Source: Daphnia carinata (lineage: Eukaryota). Taken from it: a stretch of DNA of 64,000 bases. The notes beneath the pieces are model-generated. The model was not told where the DNA came from. It did not search any database and saw only the letters and a program-made list of their open reading frames with translations. Numbering within the stretch: position 1 is the stretch's first letter; each line of letters opens with the position of its first letter. The DNA lies in NCBI RefSeq assembly GCF_022539665.2, contig NC_081331.1:7130001-7194000 (forward strand), written 5' to 3'. Of this stretch, positions 13,431-28,036 are shown piece after piece. The position numbers and the translations under genes are program-made.

Positions 13431-15943
13431 GGTGGACGTCCACCATCATCATCATCGCGCACGAAACGAGCGTTTTATACGATACCTGGTGCGTGTTCCA
13501 GGCCTAGAAATGAATGAATTTCTTTCTTTCTTTCATTTCTCCCCGTTTTTTTTTGTGTGTATGGGCCCCATATTTTGATATGAAAGGTGGGCCCCCCCAA
13601 AAAAAAAACAACGATTCCCTTATAGTTTTTTTTTTTTGTGCTGTTGCTGTTGTTGTGTATTTCTTACCTCGCTGGGAGTTCTCTTGGAAGGTGGGGGGGC
13701 GTCATGGGGCGTCGGATGGACCATTAGCATTTGCATATCACCAATTACCCCCGCTGATTCTTCACCCTCCTCGCTCCAACTGCGATGGCCAACATTCCTG
13801 GCATATAACACACGTTTGATTTATAGACGGACACGAAACATCGCGAGCTGCTGTGCTCTGCCCTTTGCTCTTTTCCATCGTCTTCTTCTTTCTTCTTATG
13901 CGCGCGCGTGTGTGTGTGTGTGTGTGTGTGTATTAAATGCCTGGTACACGCGTGCGAGAGCTATGCGTCTCCACCCCCGCAGCAGAGGCCTTTTTTTTTT
14001 TTTTTTTCAGAGCAATTTTTCAATCCCCTGGATCTTTCTTCTTCTTCTTAGCGAGGATAAGAGGAGAGAATCCAGAGTGAGAATGGAAATCATCCATCAA
14101 TAATAGGGAAGAAAAAGACGACGACTGCGTGTTTTGACTATCATGCCAGCGAATGAACAGTTAGGGTGTTACCCCCACCGTGACTGAATCGATATGTAAT
14201 GGTAGACTATTGCAAACAACGTCTTTTGTTGGGACAGGAAATTTATTTCCATTTTATTTCCGTGGTTGGGGAAGAAGAAGAAAAAAAAAAAAAAAAAATT
14301 TATTTTTCATACTATAGTGTGTATGTATAAAAATGGGATGTTTCGTCCTCCAAGTGAGCACAAAAGAATAAGACACAAGATGGATATCAATGGCCCGTTA
14401 TAAGAGTCGCGATTGGCTCTTGATACGAGGCCGTCTTCTTTCACAAGAGAGAGAGAGAGAAAAAAAAAGGGTAAAGAAGAAGAAGAAAAAAAAAAAAAAA
14501 AAGCCCAGCAGGTGACATTGTCTCTACTCTCACGGCCTGATCGTACCTGGTGATAGACACCGAGCATGGAATCCTTTATACTTACTACCCCCACCCACAA
14601 AATAAAAATGAGAAAAAAAAATGTATAAATAATATAGAAAGAAAGGGGGGGGGGGGGAAGGGGAGATGGATCTTGCTTGAACTTTTTTTTTTTCCAGGGT
14701 CAATAATAGGTCAACATTGTCTATCTCTTTCTCTCTGTCCTGTATGTGCGTATAGATATAAAACTTTAGGTACCAGGAATTCCGATTCATTTCCCTTTAT
14801 AATTTATTCCTTCTCATTCTATCCTTGTCGCTATATTTTGATGGGAATGGCAACATTTTTGTTGTTGTTGTTTAAAACCTTATCGATCTTTATATATATT
14901 TTTTTTTTTTTGGACTGGTCACGTTCGATATTTTCATGAGAAATCGATTGAAATTGACACCGAGTACGACTGTCACTAAAACAAAGAGAAAAAAAAAAAG
15001 GAAGATTGTTTTTTTTTTTTTTTTCTAAGACGTTAGTCCCCACTAACACGCGGCCGTCTTGGGTTGTCTTCGGGCACAAACTTAGGTGGGCTTCCGTATA
15101 ATTCCAATGGGTACGATTCAAAAAGAAAAAAAAAAGGGGGAAGGGGGAGAAGGACATTCAATCCACCAAGTTGAATTTCTAATCGGATTTTGCTTTGCCT
15201 CGGCGTCAAGAGTCGTGGTAAAACACACAATCCCATTACAAACGAGTACACGAACTGCTTGCCTTTTTGCATAGACACACGGATAGGGCGGCATCGAACG
15301 TTATTAATAAAAAAAAAAAGAAGAAGAAAAATTAGAATAAGAATAAGATGAGTGGACTGGCTGCTCGTTGGATGATGATGCACGTACAACATCCTGTGGA
15401 TGTTGCCTAAAAATAGGCCTTCAAAGGTGGTGTTCATCACTGTCTGGCATCCGACTTGAATCACGTGATTGTAGGAGGGCGGGCAGGGCATTAGCTGCAA
15501 GAAGAAGACGCAGGAGCAACAGCAGCAAACAAGAAAATGAATAAGTGAATGCGGGGGGTCGGTCTTTTTTTTTTTTCTTCTTCTTCTTCTTTCTTCTTCT
15601 CCTCCACCACTCTCGCTTGGACCTCCCCCGCATAATGATTCAGTCAGCTGCTACTGTGTGTGTGTGTGTGTGTCTGTGCGTATACCAACACGAAGGGGGC
15701 CGATGAGAATAAGAAGAAGAGACAGAGATGAGCGTATTTATATACACGACGGCTTAGCGAATTTATTTAAAACCAAAATTTAAAAAACTTTTTTTTTTTT
15801 TTTTTTTTGTATTTTGAATTGTGTCGGCCCGCGATGTCGAATAAACAACCTCCCCGTTGCGTCGTGGTGTGCGCGCGCGTTGGTCCGGCACAGTCCCCTT
15901 TTCCCTGGCCGCTTTGGTGATCTATTGATGTTGGAATGCAAAT

Positions 15944-15978
<35 letters not shown>

Positions 15979-16102
15979 CAGTGGAGGCCTATTTATAAAT
16001 GAAAACACGCTATTTGGCGGATGACGTCGCCGTGCTCCGGCTAGGTTTTCATTGGCACCTAAATTGATGATGGCTGGTTGCGAGTATGCAAATAGGTGCG
16101 AG

Positions 16103-16136
<34 letters not shown>

Positions 16137-17376
16137 CCATCGCCATCTTGAAATAACAAATCTAGAGATGGTGGTAGTAACATTTGAGACGCGCACACAG
16201 GGAGGGATGACGAAGAGAGGCGATCATTGTGCTGGTATGCGCAAACGGCCAAAATAGAATGCGTTTTTTTTTTTTCTCGGAAAATTAGAGCTGATGGAGG
16301 AGGAGGAACAATTGCTGCCGGGCTTGATTGAGGCCGGGCACGTGCGCAAGACGTTGGACTTCATTAAAATGTCGTTAGTGTCTTGTGCCTCTTCTAACGC
16401 GCACACAAACACACACACACACACACGACTCTCTTGATGCGCATTTTGACTGATGAGATCTCCCCTTCTTTTCCTCTTAAAAAACGAGGAGAGGAGAAGC
16501 ACACAAGTTTGTTTTGGATTATTATTGCAAAGGCGAGGACAAAAAGAAGAAAAAAAAAGAGTAGGGGGGGGGGGGGGAGGGATGGCCAAAAAGGTTTGTT
16601 TGTGGTGTCACGGCGCAAAAGTCTGATTCAATCTGCTTCCACCACCCTGTGAAACGATGCAACACTCGTTGTGTGTGTGCGTCCGCTATTTATAAAACGG
16701 TGTGTGTAGGGGACGGTTTCAGACTAGGGGTTTCTTTTTCTCCAGCAGCTGCCACCTTCTCTCTCTCTATTCATAGCCGTTGTGTGTGTGCGCGAGAGGA
16801 ACTTTTGGCCGACTAGAAGAAGTTGGGACGTGGTGGATGATGGTGATGATATTCCAAGAGGAGAACGCAGACACAAGTTGTTCCATCTCTCCAACCTCCC
16901 TCCCCCCCCCCCACCTCCAAAAGCCTTGATAGTTTCTAAATCGGGAAAATTTATTTAAGAAGAAGATGTACCGTAGCCGCTTGTCTCGGGTTATAGAAAA
17001 TCGAGTCCCGACTGTCATTCGTCTTGCAGCAGCGGGAACCGACCCCAATAATCATTATTCATTAAGCTTCATCTTTCTCTCTCGCTCTCTCGGCTCTCCC
17101 GTGCTCCGGCTGCCGTCACACTTTTGGCTACCCTCCAAACCGACTTGCACCTGCAGAAAAGACAAATTGTCGTCTTGGCCTTATTTTCCCATCCTCCTTT
17201 TTTTCTTTTCTTTTTTTTTTTTTTTAAAGGACGGACTAATAATTTTTGATGTTAATAATACGCAAGAAGTAAAAATTGGTTTGGCTCCGGTCTCGTTGTC
17301 CAACCCGACTTCTTTGTTTGACACCTTATCTATCAAAGAGTTATCTCTATTTCGACGTGTGTTTCGTTATTGTTTT

Positions 17377-17411
<35 letters not shown>

Positions 17412-20400
17412 TTTGACTCTGTGCTGTTCAGTTCATTGACGCCTTTACTGCGTTTCTCTATGGCAAAGAAAGTAGAAGAAAATATCGTCGATTTCCGACT
17501 AAAAACGGCCCCCCCCCTCCGCTCTGTCTTAATGGATTCTTTATATACAGAGTATTTAAATAGAAAGCGTTTTTTTTTTTTTTTTTTTTTTTTGTTGTAT
17601 TCTCTGAATAAATATAGACACATCCGCCCCTTTAGCGATAGATTGCCGAGGTGGAAAGAGATAAGAGACGTTTTTCATTTTGCTTTCGACCAACCAAAAA
17701 AAAAAAAAAAAAAAAATCGACGTCGGATGGCATTTCTCTCTCCCTTCTTTTTTTTTTTTCGCTTCATGACGAACTCGTCAACACAGCGAAGAAAAAAGAG
17801 AGAGAGAGAGAAATGGATGGTGAAAGAATTGTGTCAACTCCACCCAAAAGTCGTCGACACAAAGTCACAACGTGTGGCGGTTTCCCCCTCCCCCCCCCTC
17901 TCTCTCTGGTAGCCCTAAGATGATGAACCTTTTTTTTTTCATTTTCTTTTGGTGTTCATCAGATTGATCCTCCGACTCGTCGTATTTGACCACACATTTT
18001 CAATTCTTATTTTTTTTTTTTTTTTTTTCGCCCGCCTTTTGTCGACACAACAGAGGGGGTGAGGAATAAAGAGAGAAGGTGGATAGGGGAGATGGGGGGA
18101 GGGGGGAGAGGACAGGAAAGAAGTGTGTACACTTGGCAGGTTATCGCTAAAAGGTTTGTTGACACGGAACTCGACCAAACAAAGTCCATCTGACCATTGC
18201 CCCGACGCTGCCTCTATAACATTTTGGAGTGGGGGGAGGGGGGGGGGCAGTAAAATAAAAAAAAATATGTCGTGTGTGTCTATTTTTGAGTGTTGGATCT
18301 TTTTTTTTTTTTTTTTTTTTTTTTCTTTTGTGTGTGTGTGTTGATTTCTTAAAAGCGTCAGATTTAGTTTTGTTTAGTAACGAGCGCTGCTGACGGATTT
18401 GTTCCATGAACTTGCGATGCTAATTTGTTTTTCTTTCATTTTCTTTTTTTTTTTTTTGCTCTCAGTCGGACGGGGAGGGCGATTCGAGTGACAACTTGGA
18501 TCGTGACGATTCGAGCGACGACGGAGATCTGGACGACGGCGTTGGCAACGATCAGCTGAAGCGACAGGTATCGTCTATTCCTCCTTCATTCATTAAGCCT
18601 TGGGAAAACGAGAAACACACACGCACACACAAATTGGATTGGCATACAGTCACTCGTAAAATAGGAGAGAGAGAGCGTACTCTTCAAGTCGCTATTATTG
18701 TTTATGTCTGGCTGTTTGAGCAAGAGGAAATTGTTTCCCTTGAACGGCAAAAAAAAAAAAACGAAAAGAATGTCGTGTGATTTAAGGAAAAAAAAACAAA
18801 ACAAAACATATTTATATGCGTACACGTAGATAAATAACTGCGAATGAACGGGGGGGGGGTAGGAGGGAGTACCGCGGGAGTCGCGGCTTTTATTTTTTTT
18901 TTTTTCTAAACCGGCGGCCAATAATTGAAGGTGGTTATTATTATTATTATTATTTTTTTCCTGTGAGCTAAACTATCCACTAAACTCGACAGATGAAATA
19001 AACAACCAATGGGAAGGGAAAGAGATCCGAAAAGTACAAGTCGCAAGCAAAGAGTTAACACAAATGAAACTCCTCCCCCCCCTTTTTTTTTTCTTGTTTG
19101 TGTGTGTGTGTGTGTGTCTTGCGGTGACACGATGACGAGGGCCGGTTGCTTGCGATACGCAGTCCAAAAGCTTTGCCGTGTCGTGGAAACAAGTCATAAA
19201 ACGTTCATCGCACTCTGTTGCTCTTCGGGGCCTGGCCATCGTCATACGAGAGACACACGATGCCATGTTTCAAAACTATACCGTACGTTTAGATATATTC
19301 TACAACTACCAATCGTTTCTTTTCTCATTCTTTTGAAAGAAAAAAAAAAAGAAAAAAGGAATAAAATAAAAGAGGTGGGCTGGGGTGGTTTGAAGGTAAA
19401 AAAAAAAAAAAAAAAACGGGCGGCTGTGAAATGGTTGAGGTGGTATAGCGTTTGGTTCTTCTCACGGTAGCTGAGCGCACCTGTAAATGGCCCTCTCATT
19501 AGACTCATTAGAGGCCGTAACGATGACAACAGATAATCAACGTACATTTCTACCTCCTTTTCCCCCCTCAATTTGCATGCTTCCACGACTATACAGATAT
19601 GTGTGTGTGTGTGTGTGTGTATATATAAGGGATTTACGTATATAGATGTGTGTGTATTTCTCTCGTACACACACGCGTACGTAGCGTCTATATATTTTAA
19701 TGGCCCTCACATTTCTTTCTTTCAACTCTTTTCTTTTCGTTTCCCCTACTCTGTCTGTGTGTGTGTGTGTGTGTCTTAACTATTGCACTTCATCTACCTG
19801 GCAATGTCTCGTCATTTCTTTTTCTTTCTTCCCATCTCCTTTTACAAACTAATCACTTTTTTTTTTTCTCCTCCTCTTGAGGGGGGAGGGGATTATCCGG
19901 TGTGGAGGTAAAAAAAAAAAAAGGGCGGGTGCAAAAGAAAAGGAATATCGAATGAAGAATTCCGTCACGAGCTTGCCATTATTGCACTCGGTATACTTTG
20001 TCCCTGGCCCCTTCTTTCTCTCTCTCTCTCTTTTAATGTCTTTCCGTCTGCCTTTTTTTTTCTTTTTCTTTTTACCCTTTTATTTTTTATTTTTTATTTT
20101 TTTTTTCTTGCTTTTGTAAGAGAAGTATATATATTTATATATCTGGCTCATTCCCAGCAGCTTTTTACACAAGACTACCGAGACTCTGAACGACTTGTAA
20201 TTATTTTTTTCCCGAGCTCCCTCTCCACCAATTACCTCCTTCTCCTTCCTTCTGTCTAGTAGTCCCCCCCCCCTCACACCCACCTTCGCTCTCTCTAGTC
20301 GCAATGAAATGGATCGTAACAATAATATATACAAGTGACATCGATACAACCAAAAGGTCGGACGGCCATTTCAACAAACCTTTGCCGTTGAAAAAAAAAA

Positions 20401-20784
20401 AAAAAAAAACGTTCCCATGATTTTGTTTGTTTGTTTCTTGTATACCGATTGCTTGTCTGTGTGTGTGTGTGTGTCTATTGCGCAGTGATAGAAACGCGTG
20501 CACCAGACTCCCCCTTTTTTTTTTCAACCCTTTTTTTTTTTTTTACACGTATTTATCTACGTATAGTATTTCACCTTCATCAACGCCATAGATAAAACGT
20601 GATTAGTCGACTTCTCTTCTCTCTTTTGTCGACCGCAAACAAACGAAAAAAAAAGAAAAAAAGAAAGAAAGAAAAAAAAAACTCTCGGCCGTTTCCTTTG
20701 ACTATCTCTCTGAACCTGTAATCTAGCCGAAAATAAGGAAAGAGAGAGAGACGAGCAGTATATTAAATAAAAATGCACGACTTT

Positions 20785-20817
<33 letters not shown>

Positions 20818-21401
20818 ATATCCTTTGAGTAATTACTCATCCTCATTTTTTTTTTTTTTTTTAAACCAAGAAATTAGATAAAAAACTGTAAACATTTTAA
20901 CGTTGCGAGGCCAAAGTGGCGCCGTTTCGATCTACCGGAAGAACTTAATATGTTTAAGTTTTTTTTTTTTTTTTCGTTTGGCTTTTTCTGTGTGGATTTA
21001 TCGAATTACCACCCGGATTCTTTTTCGTTCCTTTTTTTAAGAACCCGAAATAGAGACGTAAAGTTGGCGCGGTTTAGAGATTCTATAAAACGCGTGTTTT
21101 TATTGTATTTTGTGCTCTTGTCGAACCAAGTGGTGTGGATGTGGATTTACCCCTATAACTTTGTGCGGCCGTAAAGTTTTTTTTTTTTTTTTTTTTTTTT
21201 TTTGTTGAAGGAACCCGAATGTTACCCGAACATAAATCTAACCCATCTCAATGTTATCTCTCTCTCTCTCTCTCTCAAAAAAAAAAAAAAAAAAAACTGT
21301 GCTTATTTATTTATTTTTTATTTTTTTTAATGCTCGGCGTCATTTCACAGTGTTTGTAGCGTAAAATCGGACATTTCCACTATGGCGATGGAGCTCGTTT
21401 T

Positions 21402-21455
<54 letters not shown>

Positions 21456-22618
21456 TATTTTTTTTTTTTATTACCATTATTATTGTTGTACATATACGTA
21501 ATTTTTGTTTTATTTTTATTTTGCAAATGAAAAAAAAAAAAATAGGACGGCGGTGATATGGACCAGGAATTGCAGGTTCACCAGGCGCTCCTGCGCCAAG
21601 CCGAAGCGGCCGCTCACATGCAGACGCTGATGCAGTCGCAGCTGGGCCTGTCGGGTTTCCCCAATTTGTCCAACTTTCCAGGCCTACCGGGTATGGCCGG
21701 TCTGGGTGGTCTCCATCCCGATTTACAAGCTCAGCTTCAAGCTCACATTCAAGCTCTTAGCGGAGGAGGAGGAGGAGGCGGCGGTGGTGGCAACGGACAG
21801 GCCGGTCAGCAAGGCACGGGCAACGGAACGAGCAACGGACACGGAAGCAGCAGCGGAAACGAGAGCCAATCTCCGCCGGCCGGCATGGGTCCGCCCAAGA
21901 CTTCATCGCCGCTCAACAACGCATCGCAAAACAGTTTGCTGAGCTTGGCCAATTCGAGCCATCACAGCATGACGACGCCGGCCTCTTCGCCGTACAACAA
22001 GCAGCGTCATCATTCGAACAATGCCATTAGCCCGCCCGTCGCGGCAACGGAAAAAGCGGCGGCGGCGGCGGCGGCGGCAACGGCGGCAACGGCGGCAACG
22101 GCAACGGCCAACAGCATCAGCACCACAACAGCAAAGATTCGAAAGACGACGATCAGGACTCTATGGACGGCTCGACGTCGCCGTCGCCACCCGCTTCCAT
22201 GCTGGCCAGCATCGCCGCGGCCGCTTCTGCTCTTCGTTCGCCGTCCGGTGGACTCTTGCCGCCTTCGTCGGCCGCCACTCATCCATACCTGGCTTCGGCC
22301 TTCTCCAACGCTCTTGGCGGACTCTCAGCCCTGACGAGCGGACTTTCGGTCGGCGGTGGTAACGGCAACGGAGCTCACGGATCGGCCGGTGGCCAGCACC
22401 CACCTTTGACCCCGTCGCCTTCTTCTGACTCGCCACAACAGACGGACGCTCCCCGGGCGCCCAATTCTTCCCAGCAATCTTGGACTTTTGAGGAGCAATT
22501 CAAACAAGTAAGTGCCTTCTTTCTTTTCTTTTCTTTTTGCTTGCCCTTCCTTTTTATTTTCGATTGGGGTGTGGTCGCACCTGTTTGAAATCAATAACGG
22601 CGTGGCGAGAAAAAGAAA

Positions 22619-22654
<36 letters not shown>

Positions 22655-23172
22655 AAATTTTTGAAATTCTTTCGGCAAAAGAAAAGAAAAATGTGTTGCG
22701 GCCAATTGATTACGTTGGAAGATGACGACGACTTGCTTTTTTTTTTTAATGACGAGCGCAATATAAAAAAGACAAGTTGAGAGTGGGGTGGGGGAATCGT
22801 CCGACAAGGGATGGGAGGAGGAGATTGTGGCGTGAAAAAAAGAAAAGAAAACGAGGATTTGTTTTTGATGGCAGATTCGCCAATGGTACAAAAATTCGAG
22901 ATGGATTAATGACCACTCTTCGTCTCCCTTGGTCTTTCAAAATGGCTGCCGCTCGTTTGATGGCCCACATTTACGAAGCCAGAGCATCGTAAAAAATAAA
23001 AAAAAATAAAAAAAGCCCAAAAAGAAGGAAACGTTTGCCTCCGTCACCACCCACCAACCCACCCACCTCTTCTCCCGTATTGCCCGTCTCCTTGTCTTGC
23101 GTAAAGTTTTATTTTCGATTTTACATATTCGCCAGAACGCCGGGGTCTGAACAAAAACAAAAAAAAAAAAAA

Positions 23173-23204
<32 letters not shown>

Positions 23205-25440
23205 AATGTCTTGCGCGTCTCTTGGTCACGGCTATATTTAAACTGTTCCTTCTCCTTCTGCAATGATATTTGATGGAGGCAAAAGAACAAAACACGTCGT
23301 TTATTTGCGGGATGACTGGATTGCAAATCCAATCCAACGTTCGGACTCTCCTTTTTCTTATTTTTTTTTTATTTTTTTTTTTTTTTATTTACGTGGCTTC
23401 ATTCTTGATACACATACTGCAACATTCTTATAGCCAGTGATTTATAGTACATGACTTGACTCTGCACACTCTTAATGCATCCGCCCTCCTTCCAGGGCGC
23501 AAATTCCAAGTTTTGTTCTTTTTTTTTTTTTCGCATCGAACCGGGCGTGTTTTTTTTGTTTTTTTTCTGTTTGTTTTTGTTTAGGGGGGGGGGGGGGGGC
23601 AAAAAAGCGTTGGAAAAAAAAATGTAAGCTGCAAAAACATTGGGGTTTGCATCCGTTTCCTTCGATGTGTTGAATTAGCATCTGGAGTAGGAGGAGCTTT
23701 TAGCGCCCCCGTTTTATTTTTTTTTTATTTTTTTTTTTTTTTTTCCCTTTGCCCGTTCTAACCGTCCGTGTCAAAGCTGTTTGATGCCAAGGTCCCCCCC
23801 TTATTTTCTTCGGAAGAAGAAGAAGCTCCTGGTCGTGCCCACCTCTCGTCGGACCAACTTATTTCTTATTCCATATGGCCACCACATGGGCTAATGGCAA
23901 TGCCAGAACCCCATCTGATGAACCATACATTCCTTCCTATTTTATTTTATTTTATTTTTTTTTAACGCACAAACGGAGACGACGACGACGACCCCCCTCG
24001 CTTCTCTTTTCGACTTCTTAACGAACCCCACCCAAATTTTCGGAGGGGGGTAGGGGAATTTGGTGTGTGTGGGTTTAGGACGAGAAGAAGAAGAAGTGAC
24101 TTCATGATTTTTTACACCACCCCTCTCTTTTGACTTTGGGGTGAGACGAGAAGGTCGTGTTGACGATAGGAAGAAGAAGAAGAAGGAAAGGGGGGGGGTG
24201 TAGATATCTCTCTCTCTCTCTCTCTTCAATTTTACCCTCTTCATGTATGTTTGTCTACCCCGTGTGTGTGTGTGTGTGTGTGCGTGTGTGTATTGAGTTT
24301 TTCTTATCATTTCCCCCCTCCGTTGTCTTTGAATTTTCTAACAGCGGCGGAAGAAGTTTAGGAGAAGGGGGAGGGGAAAGCGAAAAAAAAAAAGATGGCG
24401 CATGTTGTCTTGGGGAGATTTATGCGAGCTGCTGTTCCTCCCGACTGCCCTTTTTTTTTTTTTTTTTTTTTTTTTGGCTCCCGATGTATGAAGATATTTG
24501 GTTTGGTGGGGAAGGAGAAGGTCACATGGTGAAGAGTTGGGGTGGTGGTAGTGGGGGGGGGGAGGGAGGGGGAGATGGCGTCTGTCCCTCATCGTTCACC
24601 AAGGTAGTTAATAGATTAGGCGGTGCGGAAACACATACGGGCCGGATTCCGCTGCCATCTGTATAGAGGGCCAGCCCCACCCTGAAAAGCGTTTCGACGC
24701 TCTTCTCCTACTCCTCTATCCGCACGTGTTGTCTTTGCCGTTTTTTTTTTTTTTTTCTATTTCCTTTCTCTATTTTTTCTTTTATTTTTTTTTTTTCTTT
24801 TTAAATTTGACTTTGAAATTCCTTTTTCATACATCTAAATTTTCTGTTTTTCATTTGAAAAATGATCCATCATGGATGATGCACGCTAAAGCGACGTCTG
24901 ACGACACCACCGGTGGATAAAGGGGCGGGCGTTGTTCACTAGGCCAATTTGAATACATTTGACTATCAATTTTCGTTTTGTTCTCTTTCCCTCAACCTAT
25001 CAATCGACGCGCACGAGCCACGAGATCAAAGACTATTAAAAGGACCTTTTTTATTTCATCTTTTCTTTCTTCCTTCCCCCTTTTTACCTTGAAAAGAAGA
25101 GAGGGGGCAGTTACGTAAGTGATGGTCTCGACACGAGCGGCCGACACGTTCCAGGTGTTTTTCTTTTTTCTTTTTTTTTTTTTTTTCTTCTTCTTCTTCT
25201 TCTGTCGCTAGGTCCGTCGTCTTCTTCTTTTTGGCCGCTGGCCCACCCAACAAGGGAGCGGCTGCGTATATTTTTCCCACCGCCGCTTGTCCCCATGTCT
25301 TTTTTATTGGTAGCGAGAGGTGCCTCCGATTGAACCTGAAAAAAAAAAACACAACACAACACAACAATCTTGACCGTCTGTAAGAAGAAACATGCAAACG
25401 CGGACAGCCCAATCTTGATAAAACATTAGGAAACCCAAGC

Positions 25441-25479
<39 letters not shown>

Positions 25480-26851
25480 GAGAGATGTGTTTATTCGGCC
25501 GATGCGCGGCTATCCCCCTTTTTCTTGGCCCCATCTACGTGTAACGTAGTTAACAAGATGGGGGCCTATGCGTTATACAATAGCCGTGGTGGCGGCCAGT
25601 CGGCTCTGTTTTTCTTTTTTTTTTTTTTTCCAACCTGTCCGAAAGAGCTACCTGATGACAGCCGACATTTATCAGCTTGGGAGGGGGGTAGAGCCGACAC
25701 ACGATTGATTCAAAAGCGGGTTCCTCTCTCTCTCTCTTTTTTTTTTTTTTGATTACAAATTCTACCTGTGTGTGTGTGTGTGTGTGTTTATCGAGTGTTG
25801 TTTTGGGCGGGGGGGAGATGCTGACGTCTTCTCGATGGGCCGACACGTGTTGTGTGGACAGTTAGGCGACAGGTGTATCTCCCATGTAAACTGTCAACGA
25901 GAAAGAAAATTCAATTGAGATGTATTTCGATTTCTTGTTTCATTTTTTTTTTTTTTTTTTTAATTCTATGACACGAAAAGAAGAAGAAGAAGAAAAAAAG
26001 CATCGAAACCTCGGCATTTATTTACTCTTCCCACACTTAAAGGTTCTTTTCAGTTTCGGGGGGAGGGGGGGGGGTGTTTAGAGGGGGGTAAAAAAGTTTT
26101 CTTTATTATTTTTATTTTTTTTTGCTCCCCACACGCTGTCGCTAACTGGTTCCAATCTGAAAGGGAAAAAAAAAATGGCCACCCCAACATCTTTTTATTA
26201 TTATTTTTTTTTTTGGACTAAACTTTAACCAACACACACACACCCTAGAAGAAAAAGTTCTTACAAGTCGGTGTGTGTGTGTGTGTGTACGTACTCCGCC
26301 TTTATTTGTATTTAAAAAGTTCTCTCTTTCTTATATATATATCTACGAAGATAAGACTCACTCCCTATCGCTTGTGATGTGTGTGTGTGTATTTTGGCCT
26401 CTCCCCCCCCTCACACATCGCCCGTTTTTTTTTTTTTTCGGATAAAATCCGTGCGAAAAATAAAAATAAGTAAATAGATATTAAAATGTATGCGATGGGA
26501 AGGGACGTTTTTTTTTTTTTTTTTTTTTACACTGCAAGTGGAAGTCTCTCAGTTTAAGGGGAGGAAAAAAAAAAAAAGAGAGAGAGAGAGAGAGAGAGGG
26601 GGGGGGTTCGAACTTGTTTGCCACGATATCGAATTTCCTCTTTGGCTGTTTTGGCAGAACCGATTCGCCCTTTTTCTTTTTCGACTAGCAAATATACATA
26701 CGTTTAACTCCACCCTACAATGTAGGCCTATTCCATTTTTGTTATTTCGCTCTCTCGCTCCCTCTCTCCCTATCTTTTTTTTTTGTTTTTTTTGTTTTCT
26801 TCCTTGTCCCTTTTATTTTTTTTTTTTTCTTCTTCTTCGAAATGGTGAAAT

Positions 26852-26889
<38 letters not shown>

Positions 26890-28004
26890 ACGAAAGATAA
26901 GAACGTCCGCTAGTGGCGTTCTTATCAATTCTTTACTCTTTACTTATACGAATAGATCCCGCTGTGCCATTTTTTTTTTTTTTTTTTTTTCGTTGTTGTT
27001 GCACGACAGGATGATGGCCCAAAAGTCTTGTTCGTGAAGACGTTGTTTAAAAAGAAGAAAAAAAAAAAAAAAAAGGACTCGTTTTTTTTTTTTTTTTTTT
27101 TTTCGGGGGTTCCCGTTTTTCACGCGTTACTTCCCTTTTCTTCTTCTTCCTCCCTTGTATTTTGAATGTTGTCGAGACACGCGTCGTACCTCCCCCGCCT
27201 CCTCCCCTCCCCCCCCCTTTCTCTTCATCCTGTGTCGAAGGCGTGTGTGGTGGTGGTGTTGTTGTTGAAGAAGAAGAAGAAGAAGAAGAAGAAGAAAAAC
27301 TGGATAAATATTCACCAGGGGGGTTGAATGTTGTCTAATAATAGAATCACATTAGTTTTCCAGTTGGAGGAAGAGACACGCCGAGTTGATTGCAATTGGA
27401 AAGAGAGAGAGAGAGAGAGAGAGAGGGACTTGTTCTTTCTTTTTTTTTTTTCGTTAGAGAACATTTTGAATAAGAAGAAGAAGGAAAGCGTCTTGTTTTT
27501 GTTGGAGGAACAAAAACGGGTTCCCTATCGTTTATCGTGTGTGTGTGTGTGGGGGGGGGGGGGTGTCATTTGAAGAAGAAAAGAAAGATGGCAACCCAAC
27601 TTCGTCCCTTTTTTTTTTTTTTCTTTTTTCTTTCTCGGTCTGAAAATTCCTATCGACGGCACAGCAGAGTCGGGAGCGTATAGATGTGTCTGAGCTGCAA
27701 ATAATCTGTGCTATTTTTAACGCAACGAGTGGCGCACACACACAGATGCACACGCGCGAGCACATGCAGACGGTCATTAATAAATGCTAGATGGATGTTC
27801 TCTCCCTCAGGTCTCTCTCTCCTCCCAAACCCGTCCGCCCTCCCCGTCCCTATCTATATTTCCTTTTTCCGTCATAACACGCACATATTGAGCTGGAATT
27901 GCCACTTCCGTTTCTAGACCCTCTTATTTCTCGAAAAAAAACAAAATAAATAAATAAATATAAAATCCTTTTTTTTTTTTCTCGGGGGGGGGGGGGGGGG
28001 GGGT

Positions 28005-28036
<32 letters not shown>

